IMG/VR virus record: IMGVR_UViG_2974528084_000001
Location: 13,355-77,354 of that record
Length of the DNA stretch: 64,000 bases
Source: a virus
Lineage: Duplodnaviria > Caudoviricetes
Strand: one strand, 5' to 3'
Part shown: positions 53,900-62,195 of the stretch, in pieces
Numbering within the stretch: position 1 is the first letter of the stretch
Layout: every line of letters starts with the position of its first letter
Notes under the pieces: model-generated
What the model was told of the DNA's origin: nothing
Databases searched by the model: none
What the model saw: only the letters and a program-made list of their open reading frames with translations
Made by a program: the position numbers and the translations under genes

Positions 53900-55446
53900 A
53901 CCTTGCCCTTCACGTTCTGGCTCACGACGTTGCCGACCATCGACTTCGTCTCCGGCTCGAGGTAGTCAAGCACCGCCAGGTTGTACGCCTTCTCGATCGG
54001 GAACCAGGCGGTAGCTCGTGCGACCTTGATCTGGTTGCGGATACCCCAGGTCAGTGGCACCTCGTCGTTGTTGCTCATCTCGCGGATGATTGCGGCAATG
54101 CTCATGATCGAGTCGAGCACCTGCTTGGGGATGTCGTACCCGTCGAGCTTGCAGCGCTCCTCGATGATCTGCCGTTCGAGCTGCTCGGGTGGCATGTCCA
54201 CGAAGATGTGCATGAGGCGTGACCCGTCAGCGTCACCGATGACCTGAGCGCCGACGTTGCGATGATCCCAGGCAGGGTTCATCGCCATGCCGAGGAAGCA
54301 GAACTGGTTGCGCGGCACCGCCTCGCCCTCGTTCGCATCGTTGATCAGCTGCTTGCTGTTGTCCGTGAGCGGACGGATGAACTGCCACACCTCGGGCGGC
54401 CCTGTGTTGGGCTCGTCGAGCACAACCACGTTGGGCTTCTTCCAGGCAGCCACGATGCGCCCGTCCTTGAACACGGTCTCGTTGTCCTCGAAGAACATCT
54501 TGCCGGCCAGGTCGTCCTTCTCTGACTCACCGGTAATAGAGATGCGCTCGAAAGGAATCTGCATGAGCCATGCCATGTACCGGAAGAACTCCGTCTTGCC
54601 TGTGCCTGCCTTGCCATGCAGTGCCGGGGTCTCGTCGAGCATCAGCCACAGTGCGGCGACGGTGAACGTCAGCCCCATGTGGTCGATGTAAGTCTCGGGA
54701 TGTTCCTGGTCACCAGTCGCAGGGATCTTGGCCTGTTCCTCCGGCGAGAAGATCTCACGCTTGAACACCGGCAGGTACACCTCGCGGCCGTCCTGTGTGA
54801 CCTTGCGCCACGCCCGGATGCCCGCCTTGTCCTGCGCAGGACTGACCGGCTTGTCGGTGGGGTAGGTGCTCGGCTCGATAGTGGTGTCCACCGAGTCCTT
54901 GTTCCACAGCTTCGCGCCACCCGGCACGTCGTGCGGGGTGAGGTACTTGGCCAGGCCGGGGTCGAGCGTGATCGAGGACAGCATCGCTTCACGGTGCTGA
55001 TCCACGTCGGTGACCTCGCCACGCTTGGCTTCGCTGCAGCCTCGTGCGATGTCCGCTGCCCGCATGTCCGGGATCAGCTTACCAAAGAAGGCGCACGCGC
55101 CCATCGGGATGCTGAACTTGTTCGACACGGCGACGGGTGCGATGTAGAAGTAGCAGGCCTTGCAGGTCTTGGCGACGCCACTCGATGCAACAGGTCCGTT
55201 GGGTGTGCCCACTCCAATGGTCGTAGCGATAATGAACTCGCTCGTGTCCTTGCTGTGCATCGAGCAGGTGCTGCCGACTTCGGTCATCCGATCGTTGATC
55301 TGGCCAGAGGTCATGGACTGCGTGCCGAGCAGTATGCCTCGGGCTCGGCAGGTAATCAGCGATGTGGGCTTGCCGTAGATTCGGGTCTGCTGTGCTGCGT
55401 CAGCAGCCTCGATGAGGTGGGGACAGGTTCCGCATGATCTTGTCAT
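53890..55446 (-). CDS. MoxR/CobS-like AAA+ ATPase with Cys-rich N-terminal domains
   Basis: Walker A HGKAGTGKT, Walker B VVVLDEPN, MAMNP, DADGSRL. Confidence 0.9.
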   Translation of the reverse strand: MTRSCGTCPHLIEAADAAQQTRIYGKPTSLITCRARGILLGTQSMTSGQINDRMTEVGSTCSMHSKDTSEFIIATTIGVGTPNGPVASSGVAKTCKACYFYIAPVAVSNKFSIPMGACAFFGKLIPDMRAADIARGCSEAKRGEVTDVDQHREAMLSSITLDPGLAKYLTPHDVPGGAKLWNKDSVDTTIEPSTYPTDKPVSPAQDKAGIRAWRKVTQDGREVYLPVFKREIFSPEEQAKIPATGDQEHPETYIDHMGLTFTVAALWLMLDETPALHGKAGTGKTEFFRYMAWLMQIPFERISITGESEKDDLAGKMFFEDNETVFKDGRIVAAWKKPNVVVLDEPNTGPPEVWQFIRPLTDNSKQLINDANEGEAVPRNQFCFLGMAMNPAWDHRNVGAQVIGDADGSRLMHIFVDMPPEQLERQIIEERCKLDGYDIPKQVLDSIMSIAAIIREMSNNDEVPLTWGIRNQIKVARATAWFPIEKAYNLAVLDYLEPETKSMVGNVVSQNVKGKVWV

Positions 55447-55501
55447 GTGTTGGTGCACTCCTTACGGTAGTGAGAATGTATTGGTCAGCTGCACGGCGGT
55501 G

Positions 55502-55531
55502 ATACTACCATGTTTGACAGCTATTGTCAAA
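55502..55531 (-). promoter_or_regulatory. Consensus SigA promoter with an inverted repeat over the -35
   Basis: TTGACA-N17-TAGTAT with TGG. TTTGACA-N5-TGTCAAA at 55513-55531. Confidence 0.75.
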
Positions 55532-56183
55532 TGTTTTCTTGTTCGCGGTTCCTCTGCTGCTCGTAGTTGCGCTTGCGCTCGTGCCGTTGACACATGGGCA
55601 CGACTCGTTTCGGATTCACCTGCACCAGCGGGCAACCCGTCTCGATCTCGGCGTGGTCGATGTCCATGACCTGCTCGCCGGCCTCGACGAACTGCTCAGC
55701 GATCTCACGCACGCACTCGACACACTTGCGCGAGGGATGCACGAGCATGTAGCTGAACTTCTTCTCGGCAGCATAGATCGGGTTGACCATGAGCTCGTAC
55801 GGGTACGTGCCCTGGTAGGAGGCGAGCGAGTTGAGGATGCGCTTCACCCGACTGATCTTGACGTAGTAGTCTTGCCACACCGCCTCACCCTCACTCGACA
55901 CCAGTCCAGCCACGGTGACCGGGAACACAGGCTCGCGGTCCTCTGTGTGCAGTGATCCGTTGAACAGGCGGGCGCACTCGGTGGTGTCCTCGTCGTCCCA
56001 GGTGTCATTGAAGATGGACTGCAACCAGTGGTAGTGAGTGATGGTGTAGTCTCCGACGTTCACCTCCGTGAAGGTCGGCTCGACTGGCATGTCCATGACC
56101 ATGATCTCGAGTCGTGCGGGCTGTGTGTAGTCGCCGGACAGCGCCGGGTCATACACCTCCGCAGCCGTAACGCTCAGTCCCAT
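55527..56183 (-). CDS. Hypothetical protein with C-terminal Zn finger
   Basis: CVEC...CP...CQRH. Confidence 0.65.
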   Translation of the reverse strand: MGLSVTAAEVYDPALSGDYTQPARLEIMVMDMPVEPTFTEVNVGDYTITHYHWLQSIFNDTWDDEDTTECARLFNGSLHTEDREPVFPVTVAGLVSSEGEAVWQDYYVKISRVKRILNSLASYQGTYPYELMVNPIYAAEKKFSYMLVHPSRKCVECVREIAEQFVEAGEQVMDIDHAEIETGCPLVQVNPKRVVPMCQRHERKRNYEQQRNREQENI

Positions 56184-56320
56184 CCCTCTTCATCCTCCTC
56201 TTTGTCGGTGCACTGGTTGCCACGGCGGTCGATGTGGTTGCCCTCGTGTCCGTCCTCGAGCTTGCACACCGAGACGTAGGGCCAGGTGCCTGGGTTCCAC
56301 TCCCTGTGACAGGTGCTCAT
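56174..56320 (-). CDS. Small Cys/His peptide (48 aa), not in ORF track
   Basis: ATGA-coupled. C...CKLEDGHEGNH motif. Confidence 0.55.
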   Translation of the reverse strand: MSTCHREWNPGTWPYVSVCKLEDGHEGNHIDRRGNQCTDKEEDEEGWD

Positions 56321-56520
56321 CCCGACATCGCCTCCCGTACCACCTCGACCTTGCCCTCGCGTACGAGGTGGAACCAGGTCACTTCACGCCTGTCGTTGTC
56401 GGTCGGCTGCGTGCAGGGCTTGCCCGCCCGAGCGAAGCACGCCTCGCACTCGAAGTTGAGCGGCGTGATCTCGGTGCCGTCAGGCATGGTGTACTTCTTC
56501 ACCGTCTTGTGTAGCGTCAC
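56317..56520 (-). CDS. Small Zn-finger protein
   Basis: AGGAGG RBS, GTG 56520. CEACFARAGKPC...FHLVR. Confidence 0.65.
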   Translation of the reverse strand: MTLHKTVKKYTMPDGTEITPLNFECEACFARAGKPCTQPTDNDRREVTWFHLVREGKVEVVREAMSG

Positions 56521-56528
56521 TGTTCCTC

Positions 56529-56951
56529 CTACTTGAGACATGGGTTGCCGTCCTCCTTGTACCTGTCTAGCTTTGAGTTGGCATCGCCAATCGCAACCCA
56601 GGCGTTGTTCATCTGGTTCTGAACACTACTCATCTTGCCTTGAAGTTCCTTGATCTTGAATGGGTCTTGCGTGAAGACGTTCACCTGCATCTCGTCAAGC
56701 ATCTGCTTCATGCGACCCTTCGCAAGCGACAGCTCCCACTGCCCATCGACTAGGTTGTCGACCTCCTCAAGGTACCACTTGCATTCCTCGCTAGCCTTAC
56801 GAGGTACTTCCACCTCCACTTGCTCAGTAACGTACACCTGCGTCGGCTGTTGGGGGTCGTTGTCCATGACTGCACTGGAGGACTCGGCCACCCAGATAGC
56901 TCCTATCATGGACGCACCGAGTACAAACCCCAGTAGCTTCTGCTTGTTCAT
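56529..56951 (-). CDS. Membrane-anchored/exported coiled-coil protein
   Basis: N-terminal hydrophobic helix, two Cys flanking a coiled coil. Confidence 0.6.
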   Translation of the reverse strand: MNKQKLLGFVLGASMIGAIWVAESSSAVMDNDPQQPTQVYVTEQVEVEVPRKASEECKWYLEEVDNLVDGQWELSLAKGRMKQMLDEMQVNVFTQDPFKIKELQGKMSSVQNQMNNAWVAIGDANSKLDRYKEDGNPCLK

Positions 56952-56954
56952 AGC

Positions 56955-57851
56955 TCAGTCTCGGGATGCAGCTCCGGGTGTCCACGCTCCGAAGTTGTCA
57001 TCGACGTACTCGACCACGTCGTGCCGACGAGTGATGCACTCGGAGCCGAGCCTGTAGTACCGTGACTTGTCATCGGTCAGCTCCCTTCCGCAGTTCACGC
57101 ACTCCTTGAAGCGCTCGCCGTACCGATCAGCGCACCCGCCCTTGTCCATCATGACCTGCACCAACAGGTCAGCGACCACCGAGCCATGCACCTCGTTACG
57201 CCCGGTCACCATGCCCGACTGGTAGAACTTCTGCAGTTCGAGCCAGTCATCGCTGGACTTGTAGCGCAGGTCACGAAACTCCTCGTTCGAGCCCTTGATC
57301 GTACGCGTAGCCAGCTTGAGGAACACTGTCTGCTTGCCGTCGTCCGAGGTCACCGCATACCTGCCGTCAGGTATCATGCGCAGAACATTCATATCCAGCT
57401 TGTCGGTGACTGGCTGCGCTGGTTGCGGCGTGCCCGAGCCGATCGCACCTGTGTAGTCCCGGTCCTCCTCGGCCACGTTGCCCAGCACCTTGAGCTCTGC
57501 GATGACCTGGCTGGCTTCCAGCATGGTGCTGATCGGCGGGTCAACGCGTGCGAACTTCTCGTCGCACAGCTTCTCGATGAAGTTGCGCTGCTTGCTGGTC
57601 ACCGAGAACCTGCTGCGTCCGTCGGTGGGATTGATCGGACCAGCGCTCACGATACGCTGGCGTACCTTCGTACCAGCTGCGGGCGTCGGTGCCACGCTAC
57701 CTTGTAGCGCGAGCTTCGCCGCCCAGGTTTCCAGCGTGTCAATGCTGATCAGTACCGAGGACAGGGCTGCTGTGTGCCGCTTCTGCTCAGCGACGACTTC
57801 CTTCTTGAGTGCTTCGATCTGGTTCTGCACCGAGGTGTACGGGTCAGTCAT
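56955..57851 (-). CDS. DUF6011-like Zn-finger protein
   Basis: CVNCGRELTDDKS...GSEC at the C-terminus. VTSKQRNFIEKL...ASQVIAEL motif. Confidence 0.7.
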   Translation of the reverse strand: MTDPYTSVQNQIEALKKEVVAEQKRHTAALSSVLISIDTLETWAAKLALQGSVAPTPAAGTKVRQRIVSAGPINPTDGRSRFSVTSKQRNFIEKLCDEKFARVDPPISTMLEASQVIAELKVLGNVAEEDRDYTGAIGSGTPQPAQPVTDKLDMNVLRMIPDGRYAVTSDDGKQTVFLKLATRTIKGSNEEFRDLRYKSSDDWLELQKFYQSGMVTGRNEVHGSVVADLLVQVMMDKGGCADRYGERFKECVNCGRELTDDKSRYYRLGSECITRRHDVVEYVDDNFGAWTPGAASRD

Positions 57852-58191
57852 GGTACTTGACCTCCGTGATCGAAGCGGAGCCGATTGCCCGTCCGTCGTG
57901 GTCGGTCACCTCGAACTCACAGAAGCTGTCCGTCTCGAGGACCAGCCGGAGTCCCACGTTGTCGCCGAGTCGGGTCATCAGGTGGTCGAGCAGCGCACGC
58001 TTGGCCGCGCGGTAGTCGTGATGTCCGCTCGTCATGAAGTCATGCGCGTTGTTGGAACCAGCGTGCTCCAGGCTGGTCGCTTCACCGCACCACGTCGGTG
58101 ACATGTGAACCGCTAGAGCATCCGGCTCCGTGCCAGCGGGGGTGCAGCGATCGGCGTCGGTGCCGTCGGTCGGTTCGGGTTGGTCGTTCAT
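57844..58191 (-). CDS. Hypothetical protein
   Basis: AAGGAG RBS within a conserved leader. Confidence 0.6.
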   Translation of the reverse strand: MNDQPEPTDGTDADRCTPAGTEPDALAVHMSPTWCGEATSLEHAGSNNAHDFMTSGHHDYRAAKRALLDHLMTRLGDNVGLRLVLETDSFCEFEVTDHDGRAIGSASITEVKYHD

Positions 58192-58226
58192 TGGATGCAC
58201 TCCTTGCGGTAGTGAGATGTGTAGTT

Positions 58227-58349
58227 CTAGTCAGCGATTGGATGCACTGCTTCGAGGCATTCATCGCACAGGTACTGCTGCTCGTGGTCGCACCAATCAA
58301 AGATCGGATGGACTGGTTCGAGGCACTCGTTGCAGACGACGCTGCGCAT
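58227..58349 (-). CDS. 40-aa Cys peptide with internal duplication
   Basis: CNECLEPVHPI...CDECLEAVHPI. Confidence 0.5.
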   Translation of the reverse strand: MRSVVCNECLEPVHPIFDWCDHEQQYLCDECLEAVHPIAD

Positions 58350-58354
58350 TGAGG

Positions 58355-58459
58355 CTACCCCTTCTTGTAGTTCACCTTGCTGCCGACACGCTTGGTGTAG
58401 TCGATGGTCGTCGGTCGCTTGCGCAGGTTGACCTTCTTGGTCAGGTTCACGTTGCTCAT
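58355..58459 (-). CDS. 34-aa basic peptide, not in ORF track
   Basis: CACCGAAAGGG leader. MSNVNLTKKVNLRKR..., GC3-biased. Confidence 0.6.
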   Translation of the reverse strand: MSNVNLTKKVNLRKRPTTIDYTKRVGSKVNYKKG

Positions 58460-58488
58460 GGTGCACCCCCTTTCGGTGGTGGTGGTGG

Positions 58489-58656
58489 TCAGTCGGTTGA
58501 CTGTTTGCGGATACCGAGGAGGCGCTCGTGCCTGATGTCGGCGACACGCTTCGACTCAACCTCGGCGACGTGACGCCGCTCGTCGAGGTCGTCCTGAAGT
58601 GTGGCGAGCTGGTGATCGGTGAGCCGATTGAGCTCGCGCTTGGTGCGTGGTGGCAC
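58489..58656 (-). CDS. 55-aa helical peptide, not in ORF track
   Basis: CACCGAAAGGG leader, GTG start. Confidence 0.6.
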   Translation of the reverse strand: MPPRTKRELNRLTDHQLATLQDDLDERRHVAEVESKRVADIRHERLLGIRKQSTD

Positions 58657-58743
58657 GGTGCATCCCCTTTCGGTGGTGGTATGGCATGGAAACAGGCCGG
58701 GTCACTGTTACGTGACCCGGCCTGTGTCGGTGTGACCTCGCGG

Positions 58744-59712
58744 TCAGTTCTTCGTGGCGCCCTTGGTCCCGGCCTCGTTGGTGCCGGGGGTGATGCCCTC
58801 GACGTTGCACTTGGACGGGTCACCCTGCGGGAACAGTCGGGCCGACACGGCGCCCGAGCTGGGTGCGTCGTCGCCGTACTCCTCCGAGCGGTGCTTCACG
58901 ATCTCGGACACGGTCAGGAACCGTCCCGACTCCACGCCCTCGAATGCGCTCGTGATGTGCGCACCGACGTTGCGGCGAGTCCCGGTGAAGGGTGCACGCG
59001 GCGCGCTGGTCCCGGCCCGGCGACCGCCGATGCCCTTGCCCTGGAACACCTTCACCGCTGCCGCTGCGATCGGCGACAGCTCCGGCTCCTCGCCACGCGT
59101 GGCCTCGTCGGCCTCGATCCAGTCGAGGTAGGCGCTGGCCTGGTGGTAGGCGGCGTCTACCGAGGGGACCTCGTAGTCCTCGGCCTCGGTCGGGACACGG
59201 TCGGTCAACAGCGACAGCCCGAGCTCCAGGATCGCGACGCGCTCGCCGAACGCCTCCTTCGGGTCGACCTTCGGGGCGCTGGCCTTCGGCGCAGCCTTCG
59301 TGGTGCGCAGCTTCTCGGACACCTCGTTGTACGAGACGGCCTTGATGTACTCACCGGCAGGCAGCGCCGCCTTCATCGACTCGTCGACGAAGTCCTTCGC
59401 CAGGTTCTTGTACTTGATGCCACCGGTCACGCCACGGTAGGCCTCGGCCACCTTGTCGAGGTCGGCCTCGGACACGGTGCCCGTGCTGGGGTCGGCAGCC
59501 TCGACGGCTGCGGTCACGACGGACTTGAAGGTCTCGACGTTGGGCAGGTGCTCGGCGTCGGCTGCGGCCTGCTTGGCGGCCTTGTCCACGTCGCTCTCGG
59601 TGGCCTTGGTCTCGGTGGTCGGTTCGGTCACGGTGTCCTCCTGGTTGGTCTCGGTGGCGACGACGGTGTCGGCGTCGGTGGTGGTCTCGTCGAAGATGTC
59701 GGTGCGTGCCAT
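58744..59712 (-). CDS. Abundant-type DNA-binding protein with C-terminal winged HTH
   Basis: AGGAGG RBS, own promoter, very strong codon bias. LTVSEIV...APSSGAVSARL. Confidence 0.7.
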   Translation of the reverse strand: MARTDIFDETTTDADTVVATETNQEDTVTEPTTETKATESDVDKAAKQAAADAEHLPNVETFKSVVTAAVEAADPSTGTVSEADLDKVAEAYRGVTGGIKYKNLAKDFVDESMKAALPAGEYIKAVSYNEVSEKLRTTKAAPKASAPKVDPKEAFGERVAILELGLSLLTDRVPTEAEDYEVPSVDAAYHQASAYLDWIEADEATRGEEPELSPIAAAAVKVFQGKGIGGRRAGTSAPRAPFTGTRRNVGAHITSAFEGVESGRFLTVSEIVKHRSEEYGDDAPSSGAVSARLFPQGDPSKCNVEGITPGTNEAGTKGATKN

Positions 59713-59770
59713 GATGATTACCTCCTGGTTGGTTGGGCCGGTCGGCCCGTTGTGTTTTTCGTGATGGTTC

Positions 59771-59800
59771 ACCCTACCCTGGCGAGTAGGGGCAATGCAA
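59771..59800 (-). promoter_or_regulatory. SigA-like promoter, TAGTACC 7 nt upstream of -35
   Basis: TTGCAT-N18-TAGGGT. Confidence 0.55.
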
Positions 59801-59826
59801 CTGCTTCGGTACTAGTTCGATGTGAT

Positions 59827-60117
59827 CTACGTCACACGGTCGTCGGTCACGTATGCCACCGTGTCACCCTCCCTCCATACAGCGAACGAGAGCTTCAGCT
59901 CCTTGCCCAGCCGCGTCCACACCAGCTCCCGCGTCGTGTTCGGGTTGCACAGGCGGATCCAGGCCTCGGTGCCACCTAGTGCGCCCGCGAGCGTCTCGTA
60001 GGTGTCCGACTGGATCAGTTGCCCGTTGCGCCACGTTGCCACGCGGTAGCGCCCGGTGGTCGGCCAGTCATCCGGGACTAGGTACTCGGGCAGTTTCGCC
60101 ACGTTCGGCAGTGCCAC
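59827..60117 (-). CDS. Hypothetical protein
   Basis: 96 aa, Trp-rich. Confidence 0.55.
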   Translation of the reverse strand: MALPNVAKLPEYLVPDDWPTTGRYRVATWRNGQLIQSDTYETLAGALGGTEAWIRLCNPNTTRELVWTRLGKELKLSFAVWREGDTVAYVTDDRVT

Positions 60118-60118
60118 G

Positions 60119-60403
60119 CTAGATCACCGCCAACAGTTCGCCAATGGACGCGAGCTCGCCGTCGAGCTGCCACAGGATCACGTTGTCACCCTGGAGCCAG
60201 GCGATCAGGTCGCGCGTGTTGTCAAACCACGCGTACTGTTCACGGTCACCCTTGTTGGTTGTCCACGCCGACCAGCCCGTACGCCAACCGTACTCGTACC
60301 AGGTCAGGTTCACGTCCTGGTCGGGACTGCCGTAGTCGCTGTTTCGACGCGCGAACGCGTAGGTGACCGTGGCAGTCAGTTTCACGGTCGTTTCGGTAGA
60401 CAT
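60119..60403 (-). CDS. Hypothetical protein
   Basis: 94 aa, Trp-rich, AAGGGA RBS. Confidence 0.6.
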   Translation of the reverse strand: MSTETTVKLTATVTYAFARRNSDYGSPDQDVNLTWYEYGWRTGWSAWTTNKGDREQYAWFDNTRDLIAWLQGDNVILWQLDGELASIGELLAVI

Positions 60404-60405
60404 TG

Positions 60406-60498
60406 TCAGTTTCCCTTCTTTGCACAGCAGGCGTACACAATCACAGCGATGACAGCCACCATGAACAGGTGGCCTCCGTTGAAGATGATGGTTGGCAT
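60406..60498 (-). CDS. 30-aa membrane peptide
   Basis: GGGGAG RBS, single TM with basic tail. Confidence 0.5.
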   Translation of the reverse strand: MPTIIFNGGHLFMVAVIAVIVYACCAKKGN

Positions 60499-60499
60499 G

Positions 60500-60652
60500 T
60501 CACAGCTCCCCTGGCATCTTGGCGTTGGGACCACACACGCCGTTGCCCATTGTGGCGCAGTCCCAGAACAGGTTATCTTCGTAGATGGTCGGATCACCAT
60601 TCTGGGTGACAATCGCATACCACGTCGACAGCACCTCCCACACGGCGCTCAT
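60500..60652 (-). CDS. Small protein with WDCATMGNxxCGP motif
   Basis: ATGA-coupled. Motif recurrent in actinophage small genes (recollection). Confidence 0.55.
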   Translation of the reverse strand: MSAVWEVLSTWYAIVTQNGDPTIYEDNLFWDCATMGNGVCGPNAKMPGEL

Positions 60653-60813
60653 GCGTTGCCACCACGGGCGCTGGTGCGAACCCACCCGACAATCGGTGCC
60701 ACCCCGACTGCGGACATGCGATCGAGCTCACGCTGTTCGGACGCGCGTAGGCGTCGACCACGGTGGAGCTGGTTGTTGGTACGGGTTGCGTTGCGCTTGA
60801 TTGTCTTGCCCAT
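60649..60813 (-). CDS. 54-aa basic peptide, not in ORF track
   Basis: CACCGAAAGGG leader. MGKTIKRNATR... Confidence 0.55.
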   Translation of the reverse strand: MGKTIKRNATRTNNQLHRGRRLRASEQRELDRMSAVGVAPIVGWVRTSARGGNA

Positions 60814-60912
60814 TGTGCTGCCCTTTCGGTGCTGGTTGGTTGAGCCGGGTGACTCCCACGGTCACACGCGTGATTGCCACGCGCGTGCCGGTGGTACATC
60901 CGGGCCAGTCGG

Positions 60913-61266
60913 TCAGAATGCCTGCCGATCGCCCACGTAGTAAACGACCCACGACTGCTGCCCGTTGGTTGCGTTCTGGTTGTGTGTCCAGTCGCGGTCC
61001 TGGTCCGACTGCACGATGCCCTCGGCGTCGATCCACACGCGCGCGGACTGAATCTCGAACTCGCCGTTTCGGTAGAACTCCATCACGATGCATCGACCAT
61101 CGCCGACTTTGAGGTCGTCGATGTAACCGTGGTTGACCGCTTCCAGTTCCCAACCCACGTTGGTCATGTATTCCAAACATGCGACCACGCGGTAGGTCTG
61201 CGGCTCGGTACGCGTTTCCGCGAACGCGTCGATGATCAGTTCACGCTTGGCATTGAAATCGAACAT
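60913..61266 (-). CDS. Hypothetical protein
   Basis: CACCGAAAGGG leader, 117 aa. Confidence 0.65.
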   Translation of the reverse strand: MFDFNAKRELIIDAFAETRTEPQTYRVVACLEYMTNVGWELEAVNHGYIDDLKVGDGRCIVMEFYRNGEFEIQSARVWIDAEGIVQSDQDRDWTHNQNATNGQQSWVVYYVGDRQAF

Positions 61267-61305
61267 TGTGCAACCCTTTCGGTGCTGTTGGTTGGTAGTG
61301 CTAGG

Positions 61306-61494
61306 TTACCACGCGGTCAGCGTGGACACTTCTTCTAGGTCGTTGAATGACGGTTCACCACGACGCGTCCACCGTACGGTAGCCAGGTCATCGTGCGCTT
61401 GCCCTTCCGGGTCGACTGCGGGGTGTTCGATCACCACGCCTATGATGTCGGGCTCGTTCGGGTCGCAGACGATTGTGCCTTGTGTGATTGCCAC
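61306..61494 (-). CDS. Small SH3-like hypothetical protein (start uncertain)
   Basis: IGVVIE...ATVRW beta pattern. Confidence 0.45.
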   Translation of the reverse strand: MAITQGTIVCDPNEPDIIGVVIEHPAVDPEGQAHDDLATVRWTRRGEPSFNDLEEVSTLTAW

Positions 61495-61498
61495 GGTT

Positions 61499-61840
61499 CT
61501 ACCCGATCCGAACGTAGGTGTGTGCATCGGACTCGGCCAACACTAGGGTTGTGTTGCCACATACCACGTTCCATGTGATGACTTCCACCGGTCCGCGTTT
61601 CAGTTCCACCGTATGAAATTCATAGGTCACGTCGTCGACTTCGTGCACGTTCGGCGGAACCGTGGCGTACGGGCCGGTGGACGCGCGGTAGTTCGATATG
61701 GCTTGGATGACCATACCGGCCTCGATGTCGCACGCGCGCAATGTGGCGCCGACTTCGGGCGTGTCACAACCACACTCACAGTCGTTCGCGACTCCGCGAC
61801 ACGTTTCGGTCGGTGTGGTCCGGGGCGTGGTATCGAACAT
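61499..61840 (-). CDS. Hypothetical protein with Cys cluster
   Basis: GAAAGG RBS, ATG 61840. CRG...CECGC. Confidence 0.55.
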   Translation of the reverse strand: MFDTTPRTTPTETCRGVANDCECGCDTPEVGATLRACDIEAGMVIQAISNYRASTGPYATVPPNVHEVDDVTYEFHTVELKRGPVEVITWNVVCGNTTLVLAESDAHTYVRIG

Positions 61841-61883
61841 AGTTTCGTGCCTTTCGTGGGTTGGTACGGGTTGGTTGGTGGGT

Positions 61884-62195
61884 CTAGCGGGCGCGGCGAC
61901 GCGCCAGTTTTGCGGCTGCCCGTGCGCGCTTTTGTTCGGCCAATTCACGGGCACTACGTTGTGCGGACTTCGGTGCGTTCGGTCGGACGGGTACGGTGGT
62001 CAGTTTCGGTGCGCGGAATTGCGTAGCGTTCAATTCTTTCAATTCTTTTTCCGCGTAGTATTCACGCCAGTTGGTGTCCGGGTCGGTGCATTCAATCGGA
62101 CCATCGACGTGCCAATTGTCGTCATTAGGCGATTCGTCGCGATTGACGTCAATTTGATTCAGTTGTGCGCCAGTGTTTCCTAGGTTGGCAGACAT
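61884..62195 (-). CDS. Hypothetical protein, acidic N-half / basic C-half (start uncertain)
   Basis: First minus-strand ORF after the non-coding region. Weak codon bias. Confidence 0.4.
   Translation of the reverse strand: MSANLGNTGAQLNQIDVNRDESPNDDNWHVDGPIECTDPDTNWREYYAEKELKELNATQFRAPKLTTVPVRPNAPKSAQRSARELAEQKRARAAAKLARRRAR

Noticed and set aside
51986-55446. Cobalamin biosynthesis (cobS/cobT)
   Set aside because: No CobN or other cob genes. Similarity is only at the MoxR/VWA fold level.
58528-59979. Long antisense ORFs (also 1157-2299, 7657-8688, 14210-15526, 16801-18477, 41718-43022 and others)
   Set aside because: They are shadow frames of strongly GC3-biased genes, with no RBS and no recognisable motifs.
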